A stretch of 64,000 nucleotides of DNA from Candidatus Cloacimonadales bacterium (lineage in GTDB: Bacteria; Cloacimonadota; Cloacimonadia; Cloacimonadales; JAIOQZ01): contig OY762463.1 of assembly GCA_963665815.1 (NCBI GenBank), positions 3,872,001 through 3,936,000 on the forward strand, given 5' to 3'. A program made the translations under genes and the position numbers. This document shows, in pieces, positions 1 to 10,035 of this stretch. The first letter of the stretch is position 1. Every line of letters begins with the position of its first letter. Below the pieces are notes generated by a model. It saw only the letters and a list, made by a program, of their open reading frames with translations. It searched no databases and had not been told where the DNA came from.

Positions 1-560
1 AACCAGCTTTTCAAGAGGAGTAATATCAGAGATTTTATTTTCCCGTAAACTAAGCTCTGTCAGATTCACCAGCTTTTCAAGAGGAGTAATATCCGAGATT
101 TGATTACTCCATAATCTAAGCTTTGTCAGATTCACCAGCTTTTCCAATGGAGTAATATCTTCGATTTGATTCCATGAAAGATTTAATTCAGTCAGATTCA
201 CCAGCTTTTCAAGAGGAGTAATATCCGAGATTTTATTACCACCTAAGTTAAGCATTGTCAGATTCACCAGCTTTTCCAATGGAGTAATATCTTCGATTTG
301 ATTCCATGAAAGATTTAATTCAGTCAGATTCACCAGCTTTTCAAGAGGAGTAATATCCGAGATTTGATTAAAGCTTAAGTTAAGCTCAGTTAGATTCACC
401 AGCTTTTCAAGAGGAGTAATATCCGAGATTTGATTACTCCATAAGTTAAGCACTGTCAGATTCACCAGCTTTTCAAGAGGAGTAATATCCGAGATTTTAT
501 TACCACCTAAGTTAAGCATTGTCAGATTCACCAGCTTTTCAAGAGGAGTAATATCAGAGA
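1..560. repeat. 66-bp tandem repeat (LRR coding units), about 8.5 copies visible
   Basis: (C/T)AGATTCACCAGCTTTTC recurs at 61,127,193,259,325,391,457,523 (period 66). Confidence 0.95.
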
Positions 561-714
561 TATTATTATTGTAAAGCTTTAGCTCCTTCAACCATACTAG
601 TTCCCTAATCTCTTCAGGTGTCTTTTCCAGTCCTAACCTACTCAAATCCAGTGACCCTGTCTTATCCTTCTTCTCTTTTTCTATTCTTCTCAATGCTTCT
701 TCATAATTAGCCAT
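1..714 (-). CDS. Leucine-rich repeat protein (22-aa LRRs), 3' part outside window; possibly the LRR N-terminus of a Roco/COR-type protein
   Basis: Missing from the ORF track; translated by hand. ATG at 714 with ACAGGA RBS; MANYEEALRRIEKEKKDKTGSLDLSRLGLEKTPEEIRELVWLKEL then repeated LxLxxNxIxDITPLEKLVNLT; open to position 1; no signal peptide. Confidence 0.9.
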   Translation of the reverse strand, partial: MANYEEALRRIEKEKKDKTGSLDLSRLGLEKTPEEIRELVWLKELKLYNNNISDITPLEKLVNLTMLNLGGNKISDITPLEKLVNLTVLNLWSNQISDITPLEKLVNLTELNLSFNQISDITPLEKLVNLTELNLSWNQIEDITPLEKLVNLTMLNLGGNKISDITPLEKLVNLTELNLSWNQIEDITPLEKLVNLTKLRLWSNQISDITPLEKLVNLTELSLRENKISDITPLEKLV

Positions 715-935
715 AAATGCTCCTGTAAGCAGTTATTATTTCCATATAAAACACTGGTCGAAATAATAGTTATGAGAAAGGTTTTGTAAAGAAATAAAAA
801 AATCTCTCAATGAACAAACACTTTCCCAATGGATATCGTTTTTAGGTAATGGTGTGTAAATTGTAAGGGTATCAATCAAGAGCATGGGTAACAAAATAGA
901 TTGAATATAATTAATCGTATTGTTCTGATGTTAAA

Positions 936-1126
936 TAGACGTTGCATGCAACGTGTAGTGCTATTACAATATTAAATTGGAATACACCAGAACTATACTC
1001 TACATATCAGTTACATACTCAGCAGTTCTGCCAGACGCGTAGAGACAAACGGCCGTTTGTCTAAGTTTTGCAATCATGTATACCGGTTAAGAACATACTC
1101 TGAGACACAAAATGTTGTGTCTCTAC
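936..1126. repeat. Cluster of REP-like (GTAG-type) palindromes
   Basis: TAGACGTTGCATGCAACGTGTA (936-957), GTAGAGACAAACGGCCGTTTGTCTA (1039-1063), GAGACACAAAATGTTGTGTCTCTAC (1102-1126). Confidence 0.6.
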
Positions 1127-1187
1127 AACATGGGCAACACTTTTCGTCGCTAAAATCCTTTCTTCGATGTCAAAGTTAAGAAATCTC

Positions 1188-1781
1188 TTACATTTTTCTC
1201 CACGGCAGTTTTACTTTGAAATCCAGAGTTATTCCCACCATAATTATATGCTCATGGAATTCTATAACATGTTTACCTTTATAATGTTCATCTGCATACA
1301 AATATTTGTAGAAACCATACAAACCAAGTTTCCAGAAAATGGTGTAAGACGCTCCTGCTTCAATATTGTAGAACATATCCGTAATGATTTTTCCCGGATA
1401 ATCTTCTCCGCGGGGGACATCCATACCTCCGGTTCCTCCTCCGGCATATAACCTCAGCTTTCTGTTTTTGAGGAGACGTTTTGAGTAGAACACGTTAAAT
1501 CCGCCCATTCCTCTAATCTCATAGTTATGGGTAGGGTTCGGTGAATTTGTGTAGTACTCTCCAAACCAACACAAACTGAGAGGAAATTCGCTGTATTTGA
1601 CTTCCAGAGCAAGCTGTCCACCCCCAAGCTGATTCAGGTCAGAACGTTTATCGGCGTATCCGCCCTGTGCATTTCGCAGTGAGAATTCCAGATAAGTTTT
1701 GGTGCTGTCTGTGGAATCTGCGATCAAATATACACATGATATGCTGTAAATCATGAACAGACATAATCTGAAACGGTTCAT
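1188..1781 (-). CDS. Putative outer-membrane beta-barrel protein
   Basis: N-terminal signal-like segment, alternating amphipathic strands (LRLYAGGGTGG, YNIEAGASY), GGAGG RBS. Confidence 0.55.
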   Translation of the reverse strand: MNRFRLCLFMIYSISCVYLIADSTDSTKTYLEFSLRNAQGGYADKRSDLNQLGGGQLALEVKYSEFPLSLCWFGEYYTNSPNPTHNYEIRGMGGFNVFYSKRLLKNRKLRLYAGGGTGGMDVPRGEDYPGKIITDMFYNIEAGASYTIFWKLGLYGFYKYLYADEHYKGKHVIEFHEHIIMVGITLDFKVKLPWRKM

Positions 1782-1894
1782 ACTACCTCCAATACTAACC
1801 AGTCTACAGAAAGTACTTATATTATATTTTCGATAATTATTGACAACATGTCCAGATTTTCTTCTTATTATTCAAAGCAAACACAGGAGAAACA

Positions 1895-2350
1895 ATGAAA
1901 CATATATTGTTAATAATTTCAATACTTGCCTCTACAATGATGCTGAACGCAATAGACAGAATGAAGGTTTCTGTTTTTTACAAAGAACGTAAACCATCGC
2001 TGCGGGTGCTTGAGAAAGTTAAGCCTATTATGGAAGCCTTTGCAGAAAAGTATGAGGCAACATATTATAACATCGAAGATGAAAAGAATGCTGAGTTGAT
2101 TAAAGAGCTGGGACTTCCCGGAACACATTTTCCTTTTGCAGTGATTGTAGAAGGTAAGTTCACCGCGAAAATCGTTGATGAAGTCGTTTCATTCATAGAG
2201 TTCCCTAAGTTCATGCATGGAATTGGCAGACATGAAGGAAACTGGTCACTGGAACAGCTTAAGTTTGTTCTGGAAGGTGAGACGGCTTTTCTGGAGAAAA
2301 ACATTCTTCCGGAACACGATGATGACCATGAAGATGAAGCTGAGAAATAG
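1895..2350 (+). CDS. Exported thioredoxin-fold-like protein lacking CxxC
   Basis: Signal peptide; spacing of LGLPGTHFPFAVIVEGK resembles the thioredoxin cis-Pro region; acidic/His tail; no Cys. Confidence 0.4.
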   Translation: MKHILLIISILASTMMLNAIDRMKVSVFYKERKPSLRVLEKVKPIMEAFAEKYEATYYNIEDEKNAELIKELGLPGTHFPFAVIVEGKFTAKIVDEVVSFIEFPKFMHGIGRHEGNWSLEQLKFVLEGETAFLEKNILPEHDDDHEDEAEK

Positions 2351-2464
2351 TGAGAACTTGTCGAAAAGCAAATTTTACGTCTGATTTAATTCAGGATCTT
2401 CATTATATTTTGAAAGAGCGAGTTCAGGTGTCAATGATTCAAAACACAATAGCAGAGGTGATAT

Positions 2465-2965
2465 ATGGAAGAGCATAAAGAGGAAGTAAAAGTAAAACGT
2501 ATTAACGGGTATCTGCACAGATTTACTCCGGTTTTCGATAAAGCCGGCAAGCTCCTGAGTTACGCAGTTTCCCCGGTAATGGTTGAGTTCAGACCACGCG
2601 ATCTTATGCAGGTGATTGTGGGAGCATCTATACTGGCAGTTCCTGTTACATTCACGGAAGAAGCCTGGAAGCTGGGGGAGAACCTGCCAATGCTGAATGT
2701 GGTGCTGTTGAGTATTCTCTCCGTTCTGTTTATCGGGATGTTCGTCTATTTCAATTTCTACAGGTATATGCTGAAGAATCATGTTATAGAGTATGCAAAG
2801 CGTGTTTTCTCAATATATTTCTTTTCACTCCTTGTTGTAGGGATTCTGCTGACAATAATTCAGAAATGTCCTTGGCAGACTGATCTGACTGTTGCAATAA
2901 AACGAATTCTGATCATTACATTTCCATCATCCATGAGCGCAGCAGTCAGCGATACAATTAAGTAG
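2465..2965 (+). CDS. DUF2391-family integral membrane protein
   Basis: RDLMQVIVGASILAVPVTFTEEAW motif, about 4 TM helices. Confidence 0.75.
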   Translation: MEEHKEEVKVKRINGYLHRFTPVFDKAGKLLSYAVSPVMVEFRPRDLMQVIVGASILAVPVTFTEEAWKLGENLPMLNVVLLSILSVLFIGMFVYFNFYRYMLKNHVIEYAKRVFSIYFFSLLVVGILLTIIQKCPWQTDLTVAIKRILIITFPSSMSAAVSDTIK

Positions 2966-2973
2966 CTGATTTA

Positions 2974-3711
2974 CTATTTAATGTGCCACGGGTAAGTTGT
3001 CAGCCACTCAAGCCAGCCTTTGTGGAGAGTCTCAGCCGATAAGCCTATCGACTTGAGGAGGTCTTCATCCTTCAGCGTTTTGACAGTCCTGACAATCAGT
3101 TCTCTGCCCATAGTCTGTTCAAGATACATGACTATCGTCCAGCCAAAAGTATAGCGAAGCAACCTGTCGGAAAGAATCTCGCTGATTGAAGGAATATTGC
3201 CTGATTCAAGAGCATTAAGAACAGGTTCGCAGAACTCAAACTGACTTCTGTACTGCCATTGATCGGATAGATAAACAGCCAGACCTTCGCTCCACCATCC
3301 GGGTGAAATTTCCATGTCAGGTGTAAGGTACTCTTCAAATACATGGGTTAATTCGTGCTTGATCATTCTCTCGAATTCGTCCTGCTTATAGCTGTAGGCA
3401 CAATGTTTTTCGTAGGATGAGGGTGACATGAAAACAATATCGGTTCTCTGGGGTTGAGCTACACGCCGAGGATCAGATGGTCTTTCAATCGGTACTTCCA
3501 GCAAATCAGCAACAAGCCGATCAAATTCAGTGCGGATTGGAACCAGGATTAACCGGATTCCTGTAATGTCTTTCTCAAGATTAAAGTAACTTTTGAGATC
3601 ATTATATGCAACCTTAACTATTGCTAAGATCTGGTTTGTATATAAGGAATCTTTTTCTCTATAGTATATTAATATTTTGCCTTTGAATTTCTTCAGATAA
3701 CCTTTAAACAT
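2974..3711 (-). CDS. Peptidase MA-like zinc metalloprotease
   Basis: HELTH (HExxH) followed by PGWWSEGLAVYLS third-ligand motif. Confidence 0.75.
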   Translation of the reverse strand: MFKGYLKKFKGKILIYYREKDSLYTNQILAIVKVAYNDLKSYFNLEKDITGIRLILVPIRTEFDRLVADLLEVPIERPSDPRRVAQPQRTDIVFMSPSSYEKHCAYSYKQDEFERMIKHELTHVFEEYLTPDMEISPGWWSEGLAVYLSDQWQYRSQFEFCEPVLNALESGNIPSISEILSDRLLRYTFGWTIVMYLEQTMGRELIVRTVKTLKDEDLLKSIGLSAETLHKGWLEWLTTYPWHIK

Positions 3712-3861
3712 TTTAAATCCTCATTGTAGAATAATATTTAATTGTTTCATGAGTCAACAAGGTTTTTTATTTACAAAAATATGTCACCAATTATTCAAGT
3801 CTTCAATAATAATTAATCAGAACAATTTGAATATAAAATTATAGAAAAATCAAAAGGAGAA

Positions 3862-4587
3862 ATGATGAGAAGATCGTATTTAGTAATTTGTGTAGTTTTG
3901 TTGTTTGCAATTAATCTTACTGCGGGAGATTTTGAGTTCAGTGTTAAATCAGGAACCGGAATACAAGGAGCTAATTTAGGCTACAAATTGAGTGAGAAAT
4001 TTTCACTATATTCAGGATTTGATGTTATCGGATTAGCTGCTGATCTCAACAGAGAAGAGACAAACGAAAATACCTATGGTCATACTGATGATTTAACTAC
4101 TTACAAGAGAATCAAAAAATCTGAAATTGAAGGATCTGCTTCACTTGTAATTCCAAGAATTGGAGTTAAGTACAAGTTTTCTGATAAAAAACTTCAGCCT
4201 TATGTATATACAGATATTTGCAAGTCTTTCGCTTTTGTAGATATGTCTGATACTTACGAATCATGGACATGGAGAAATGGTGTACTTACAGATTACGATA
4301 AAGATAAGAAGGAAATCAGCACTGAGCAAGAAGCGATAGAGAATTTTCTGGGATTCTGGGGAATAAACTTAGGTTTTGGTACAGAATACTTAATAACTGA
4401 ATCTTTAGGAGTAACCGGAGAGTTTGGCTTTAGAATGCTTTTTGCGTCATCAGATACTACCGAAAATTCTGAACAAGGTTATGATGACGGGTACTACAAA
4501 AGCGAATATCAGGATGAATGGGATACCGAACTGGGGGCTGCATTCAAGTTCACCACAACATCCGTAGGTATTGTATTCCATTTTTAG
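3862..4587 (+). CDS. Outer-membrane beta-barrel protein
   Basis: Signal peptide, beta-strands (GINLGFGTEY, VTGEFGFR), terminal Phe. Confidence 0.7.
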   Translation: MMRRSYLVICVVLLFAINLTAGDFEFSVKSGTGIQGANLGYKLSEKFSLYSGFDVIGLAADLNREETNENTYGHTDDLTTYKRIKKSEIEGSASLVIPRIGVKYKFSDKKLQPYVYTDICKSFAFVDMSDTYESWTWRNGVLTDYDKDKKEISTEQEAIENFLGFWGINLGFGTEYLITESLGVTGEFGFRMLFASSDTTENSEQGYDDGYYKSEYQDEWDTELGAAFKFTTTSVGIVFHF

Positions 4588-4714
4588 TCAATAGAACAAA
4601 ACAACCTTAAAAAAAATATTGACTCTCTTGCTGAAATATAGTGAGGGAGTTATTTTATTCTCAAAAAGTGTTATATATCTTTTTTGATTCTAAATTAAAA
4701 CCTGAGAGAGAAAA

Positions 4715-5263
4715 ATGAAGATTTACATTACTGGAGCTTCGGGGTCAGGAACTACAACTGTTGGAAGAATCTTGTCTGAACAGCTTGGAGTTAAGCACTT
4801 TGATAATGATGATATTTTCTGGGGAAGAACGGAGATTCCATTTACGGTAAAAAGGTCTATTGAGGAAAGAAAAAAGATTTTGCAGGAGATAATCGGAAGG
4901 GAGAAAAGCTGGATTTTTACAGGGTCTGCGTTAAAATGGGGTGAATTAATTCTGCAGAATGCTGATCTCATTGTCCGATTGAGCTGTGATACCAAAATAC
5001 GCATTGCAAGATTGAAGATGAGGGAGACAGAGCGATTCGGTGAACGGATTTTGCCCGGTGGGGATATGCATGATAATCATATTAAGTTCATTGAGTGGGC
5101 AAAAAAATATGACACAGGTGGTTTGAATATGAGAAGCAGACAGGCAGAGGAAATTTGGATGCAGAATGCAGGTTGCGAAGTGCTGGAGATAGATAATTCA
5201 GATTCTGAAGAGAGTGCCGGACAATTGATTGAGCTCTTAAAAGAAAAAGAGCCTGTCGGTTGA
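4715..5263 (+). CDS. Adenylate-kinase-like P-loop protein (FlaR-like)
   Basis: KIYITGASGSGTTT Walker A, HFDNDDIFW, RFGERILPGGDM. Confidence 0.75.
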   Translation: MKIYITGASGSGTTTVGRILSEQLGVKHFDNDDIFWGRTEIPFTVKRSIEERKKILQEIIGREKSWIFTGSALKWGELILQNADLIVRLSCDTKIRIARLKMRETERFGERILPGGDMHDNHIKFIEWAKKYDTGGLNMRSRQAEEIWMQNAGCEVLEIDNSDSEESAGQLIELLKEKEPVG

Positions 5264-5290
5264 CAGGCTTGATATAAGGATTATAAGTAA

Positions 5291-5722
5291 TTATTTAACT
5301 TCAAATACGATGTCAGAAGCGTTTTCAATATTATCTGAGATTGGGCATCTGCTGTCTATTTCTGCTACAAAGGCTTTCTTTTCGTCTTCAGTCATATCAG
5401 CATCAACTTCAACGATAACTTTGATATTCTGGAATCCAGCTCTTTCACTGTCGCATTTACCCATAAGTACTTCAGGGTTAAGTCCGCCGATAACTTCTAC
5501 ATCTATTCCACGTACATCAAGTCTTTTTTGTTTTGCAATAATTTTACCGATTGTTACAATACAACCGGCAAGTGCGAAAAAGAAATATTCTAAAGGAGTT
5601 GCACCTGTATCTTCTCCCATTGGAGCCGGTTGGTCAATTTTCATCTCAAAGTTTCTTGCTTTGAGGTTTACCTGCATGTTTTCGCCCCATGAACCTTGAA
5701 TTTTAACGTTCTTTAAAGCCAT
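5291..5722 (-). CDS. OsmC-family protein
   Basis: DQPAPMGEDTGATPLEY..ALAGC and SRCPIS two-Cys motifs. Confidence 0.85.
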   Translation of the reverse strand: MALKNVKIQGSWGENMQVNLKARNFEMKIDQPAPMGEDTGATPLEYFFFALAGCIVTIGKIIAKQKRLDVRGIDVEVIGGLNPEVLMGKCDSERAGFQNIKVIVEVDADMTEDEKKAFVAEIDSRCPISDNIENASDIVFEVK

Positions 5723-6052
5723 TATAATCTCCTGTAATTTAGTATTTGCTTACCATAAGTTTGGGGCTTGGGAATCCTGTCTACATAAATTCTGACAAAA
5801 TATTGCCATTGTAAAAGAATGTTGCTCATAAAATCTTAGTAAAGGATAGGTAATAAATACTATAGCATCAAGGAAATTGATGGGCAAAAATTCACATAAA
5901 ACATGTATCGCATATAAATATGAATATCAATAATCTTAGTTTCACTTATGAAAACATATCAGTGAAAATAAGTTCACTGAAAACTTGACAAATATTCAGT
6001 CTCAATTATTTTATATGTGTAAATAGAAAAATTTAATGGCAAGGAGGTAACT

Positions 6053-6352
6053 ATGCCAGCAGGAGACAGAACGGGACCTAATGGTGATGGTCCTATGACA
6101 GGTAGAAGGATGGGATATTGTACAGGTGATGATGCTAATGGATATCGTACCGGATTTTTCGGCTTCGGAAGAGGAAGAGGTCGGGGATTCAGGTCAGGTG
6201 GTGGAGGAGGAATGGGAAGATTCTTCGGATCATTCCGCAATACCGGGAATCAAGTGTCTAACCTGGAAAATATTGAAGAAGAAGTTAGTTTTCTAAAATC
6301 CAGACTCAAAGATCTGGAAGACTTTCTGGTAAAATCAAAAGACAAAAAGTAG
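6053..6352 (+). CDS. DUF5320-family protein
   Basis: MPAGDRTGPNGDGPMTGRRMGYC, GRG-rich middle, C-terminal coiled coil; AAGGAGG RBS. Confidence 0.85.
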   Translation: MPAGDRTGPNGDGPMTGRRMGYCTGDDANGYRTGFFGFGRGRGRGFRSGGGGGMGRFFGSFRNTGNQVSNLENIEEEVSFLKSRLKDLEDFLVKSKDKK

Positions 6353-6426
6353 ATTCTTACTCATATTAAGACCCCGTAAAAACGAAGCCTGCTGGATTTC
6401 CAACAGGCTTTGTTGTATCATATAAA

Positions 6427-8268
6427 CTATATTGTTTTCAGAAACAGATCCATGTTTTGTTTTCTCATAGAATCCATTAACTCGTTATACAGGTTTTTAT
6501 GCTTAGACATCGTAGCAGCAATTGTTTTTACTGCTTTAAGATGATATTCCGGTTTTTCCTCGGGAGAAAGAATCAGGAACAACAGATTTACCGGTTCCTT
6601 ATCTTTTTCGTTCCAATACATCTTATTCTTAAGCAGACCACAGGCTATAAACGGTCTCTGAATACCGGGAATACGGCAATGGGGAATAGCTATCCCGTTA
6701 CCGATAGCAGTTGATCCGAGTTTTTCCCTCTCAGCTATTGAGAAGGTTATTTCGGAAGTTTCAGCAATAATCCCCTGCTTAACCATTATCTGAGCCATTT
6801 CGAAAACAGCTTCTTCCTGAGTTGTTGCCATCATGTCGAAAACTCTGTCCTCAAGCAGAACTTCCATTGAGTATTCATCATCGGGAATTCTTGACTTGAG
6901 AGCTTCTGCCTGTCCTACCGTCCATGTTTTCCACTTGATAAGTGTTTTTTCTGAAAGGTAAGCACCTCCAAGTTCGAATATGACAAGTGCCGGAATAATT
7001 GTATTGAATATTACAAATCCACCTTTATCAGCCAGAAGGGTTGCCACGAGAATAGTTTCAACGGCAGCCATACCGGCTTGCGGAAGCATTAATTTTGGTA
7101 ATGCTGCCACGATTTTCGAATCCTGACCAGTTACTTTTGCACCAATCCAGTTTCCGGTAAGTTTACCGGTAGATCTGAGGATTATGTAACCCAGGGCAAA
7201 TATTAATGTATTGCCTGTAAAAGATTCAAGTCTGACACTTGCTCCGATTATAGCGAAGAACATCAGGTTGAATATTGGCATAACATTTTCTATTTTCAGT
7301 GAATCAAATATCGCATTATGATGGAAGTTTGAAATAAGAAAACCAGCAACAACGGAAGTAATAAGAAACGGAAGCTGGAAGTGTATAGATATGGATATAC
7401 CTAATGCAATAACACCAACCATAATCAGCAGGATTTCTACTGATGGAGTCGGATGTTCAGACAAAACGGTGGAAAGAAATGATTTTCCTTCTTCCCCGTA
7501 TTTACTGTCTTCATCTTCCACAACGCGTTCTCTAACGGTAAGTTTAAATACCAGAAATATAATAAATCCTATCAGTGAAGCCAGAAAAAGCTCTTTCCCA
7601 ACATGTAGTGACAAGTGGGCAAAAGAAAGATGTTCACCATTTTTCTTTGCAACAGCTACTCCCAGAAAGACTGAGAAGAATATTACTTCCATTATATCAT
7701 CAAGCACAACTATATTTGCGAGTATGTTTTTCAAAGATCCGGTTATCTTCAGTTTTGACATGAGTACGAATGTCAGAGCAGGAGCAGTGGCAATACCTAT
7801 TGATCCGAGAATCAAGGCATTGATCCAATCAAATTTGAAAACAAACTTAAATCCCAAAGCAAGCAGCAAGAATGTAAGTAAGCCTTGAATAAGACATATA
7901 ATTACTGCTTTGATCCCGACTTGTCGTAATCTGTCTCTGTGAAGTTCTTCTCCCAGAGAGAAAGCAATCATTCCCAGAAACAGGAAAACGAAAAAGTGAT
8001 AGCTTTCCAGTATCTGGCTGTATTCTGAAAACTCGGAATTGTAAAAATGATAGATAGGTTTCAGAATCTCAAACCTGTGTAAATATTGATATTTCTCCAG
8101 AACTCTGTGAATCAGTTCCAGGAAGTGAGGTCCGACAATTATTCCCCCGAATATTTGTCCGATTACTTCACCGATTTTAGCTTTTCTTGCCAATAAACCG
8201 AAAACATAGGCGGAAAGTATCAATAAACCAAGTTCAAGTATCTGAAGTTTCATGTGCTGTAAGCTCAT
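6427..8268 (-). CDS. CPA2-type cation:proton antiporter fused to a C-terminal PTS EIIA (Fru/Ntr-type) domain
   Basis: Many TM helices with ATAPA and VVLDD motifs; C-terminal EREKLGSTAIGNGIAIPHCR; start moved to ATG 8268 (GAGGA RBS). Confidence 0.85.
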   Translation of the reverse strand: MSLQHMKLQILELGLLILSAYVFGLLARKAKIGEVIGQIFGGIIVGPHFLELIHRVLEKYQYLHRFEILKPIYHFYNSEFSEYSQILESYHFFVFLFLGMIAFSLGEELHRDRLRQVGIKAVIICLIQGLLTFLLLALGFKFVFKFDWINALILGSIGIATAPALTFVLMSKLKITGSLKNILANIVVLDDIMEVIFFSVFLGVAVAKKNGEHLSFAHLSLHVGKELFLASLIGFIIFLVFKLTVRERVVEDEDSKYGEEGKSFLSTVLSEHPTPSVEILLIMVGVIALGISISIHFQLPFLITSVVAGFLISNFHHNAIFDSLKIENVMPIFNLMFFAIIGASVRLESFTGNTLIFALGYIILRSTGKLTGNWIGAKVTGQDSKIVAALPKLMLPQAGMAAVETILVATLLADKGGFVIFNTIIPALVIFELGGAYLSEKTLIKWKTWTVGQAEALKSRIPDDEYSMEVLLEDRVFDMMATTQEEAVFEMAQIMVKQGIIAETSEITFSIAEREKLGSTAIGNGIAIPHCRIPGIQRPFIACGLLKNKMYWNEKDKEPVNLLFLILSPEEKPEYHLKAVKTIAATMSKHKNLYNELMDSMRKQNMDLFLKTI

Positions 8269-8604
8269 TTTTCCTCTTGAATCATGTTTACAAACCAAAA
8301 TAACTCAAAACCATAATAGAAAAACTTGACTAAATCGTGCAAGCAAAATCTTTTACAGCAGTTTGACAGAGATTAGCCAAAGTATGCAATTGAATCTCTG
8401 GATGACACTCTGAATTATGACAGATTTCGAAAGAGCGTTATGGAGAATATTTCTATCAGCAGTTTTCGGGCTTTCTTCAGAGCCAAAGAATGTACTTTCT
8501 GAGGTAGCTTTGTCAGTTGATTTGATAGTTTTCAGGATTCATAAATGAATTTTTAAGTTTAAATTGTTTGTCATTGTTCTGAGTTAAAATAACGGAGGAA
8601 CGTA

Positions 8605-9807
8605 ATGTTCAACACAGGTTCAACAGGCTTTATGCTTGTCGCTACCAGTTTAGTAATGCTGATGACCCCCGGATTGGCATTCTTTTATGGAGGATTAACC
8701 TCAAAACGTAACATTCTTGGAATCATGATTCAAAGTTTCGTATCCCTTGGTATCACAACAATTCTGTGGTATGCTGTAGGATATTCTCTTTGCTTCAGTG
8801 GAGCTGGTCCAATTATCGGTAATCTTGACAAGGCTTTCCTGAGCGGTGTAACTGCAATGTCCCCATTCGGAGAAGGACTTATTCCTGAATTCGTGTTTAT
8901 CGCTTATCAAATGATGTTTGCTATTATTACTCCGGCACTCATAACCGGTGCTTTTACCGGACGTGTATCTTTCAAAGCTTATATTCTTTTCTTAATACTA
9001 TGGCAACTTTTCGTATATTATCCGTTCGTCCACATGATCTGGGGCGGTGGTATTCTTGCTCAATGGGGAGTCAGAGACTTCGCAGGTGGTATTGTTGTGC
9101 ATGTCACAGCCGGTTTTGCTGCACTCGCATCAGTACTGTTCGTTGGGGAAAGAAAGAATAAAAATGCTAAGCCTAACAGTATTCCTCTCGTAGCAATCGG
9201 AACCGGTCTTCTCTGGTTTGGTTGGTATGGATTCAATGCAGGAAGTGAGCTTCAGGTTGACCATATTACTGCTCAAGCTTTCCTTAATACTGATGTTGCT
9301 GCATCATTTGCAACAATAGCATGGTTATTAATTGAGTGGAAGAAAGAAAGAAGACCTAAATTCGTCGGTCTTATGACCGGTGCTGTTGCAGGTCTTGCTA
9401 CAATTACTCCTGCCGCCGGCTTTGTTCCTGTATGGGCTGCAGCAATTATTGGACTTGTTTCCGGAATTGGTTGTTACTATGCAGTTGCACTCAAAAACAA
9501 ACTTAAATGGGATGATGCTCTCGACGTATGGGGAGTTCACGGAATCGGTGGATTCATTGGTACTATCCTTCTCGGTGTTTTTGCCAGTGCAAAACTTAAT
9601 CCTGCAGGTGCTGACGGTATCATTTACGGTGGAACCAACTTCTTCTTACTTCAACTCGGTTCAGCTGTAGGTGCTGCAATTTATGCTTACCTTTTCACAT
9701 ATGCAATGTTATGGGTAATCAATAAAATTACTGTAGTAAGAGTTTCAGATGAACATGAAACAACAGGACTTGATAAAGCGCTTCATGATGAAGATGCTTA
9801 TTCATAG
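8605..9807 (+). CDS. amt: Ammonium transporter
   Basis: LMTPGLAFFYGG, YQMMFAIITPALITG, DFAGGIVVH, LWFGWYGFNAGS, DDALDVWGVHG. Confidence 0.97.
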   Translation: MFNTGSTGFMLVATSLVMLMTPGLAFFYGGLTSKRNILGIMIQSFVSLGITTILWYAVGYSLCFSGAGPIIGNLDKAFLSGVTAMSPFGEGLIPEFVFIAYQMMFAIITPALITGAFTGRVSFKAYILFLILWQLFVYYPFVHMIWGGGILAQWGVRDFAGGIVVHVTAGFAALASVLFVGERKNKNAKPNSIPLVAIGTGLLWFGWYGFNAGSELQVDHITAQAFLNTDVAASFATIAWLLIEWKKERRPKFVGLMTGAVAGLATITPAAGFVPVWAAAIIGLVSGIGCYYAVALKNKLKWDDALDVWGVHGIGGFIGTILLGVFASAKLNPAGADGIIYGGTNFFLLQLGSAVGAAIYAYLFTYAMLWVINKITVVRVSDEHETTGLDKALHDEDAYS

Positions 9808-9841
9808 ATAACAATTTCACAAACCTTAATAACTCAAATAC

Positions 9842-9870
9842 AGGCTGTCGATTATTCGATAGCCTTTTTT
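9842..9870 (+). terminator. Intrinsic terminator after amt
   Basis: AGGCTGTCGA-TTAT-TCGATAGCCT followed by T-tract. Confidence 0.8.
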
Positions 9871-10035
9871 GCATTCAATCAGATCAATCATAACTCTATT
9901 CAGATATCACTGAATTCCTGAAAAAATAAATGAGTAACAATTAAATAACTTGACATAAAGTATTGATATAGTATTATAAAAGCCTAATTAAGGTTAGCGT
10001 TTTGTAAGGGTAATTAACACCAGGTCGGAGGATTT

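Noticed and set aside
1..560. CRISPR-like pattern (conserved ~35 bp plus variable ~30 bp, period 66)
   Set aside because: The period is a multiple of 3, the variable parts are related to each other, the minus frame is an open LRR ORF, and no cas genes are present
8300..8604. Riboswitch or ANTAR element upstream of amt
   Set aside because: No convincing consensus or paired hairpin-terminator recognised by eye; an Rfam scan would settle it
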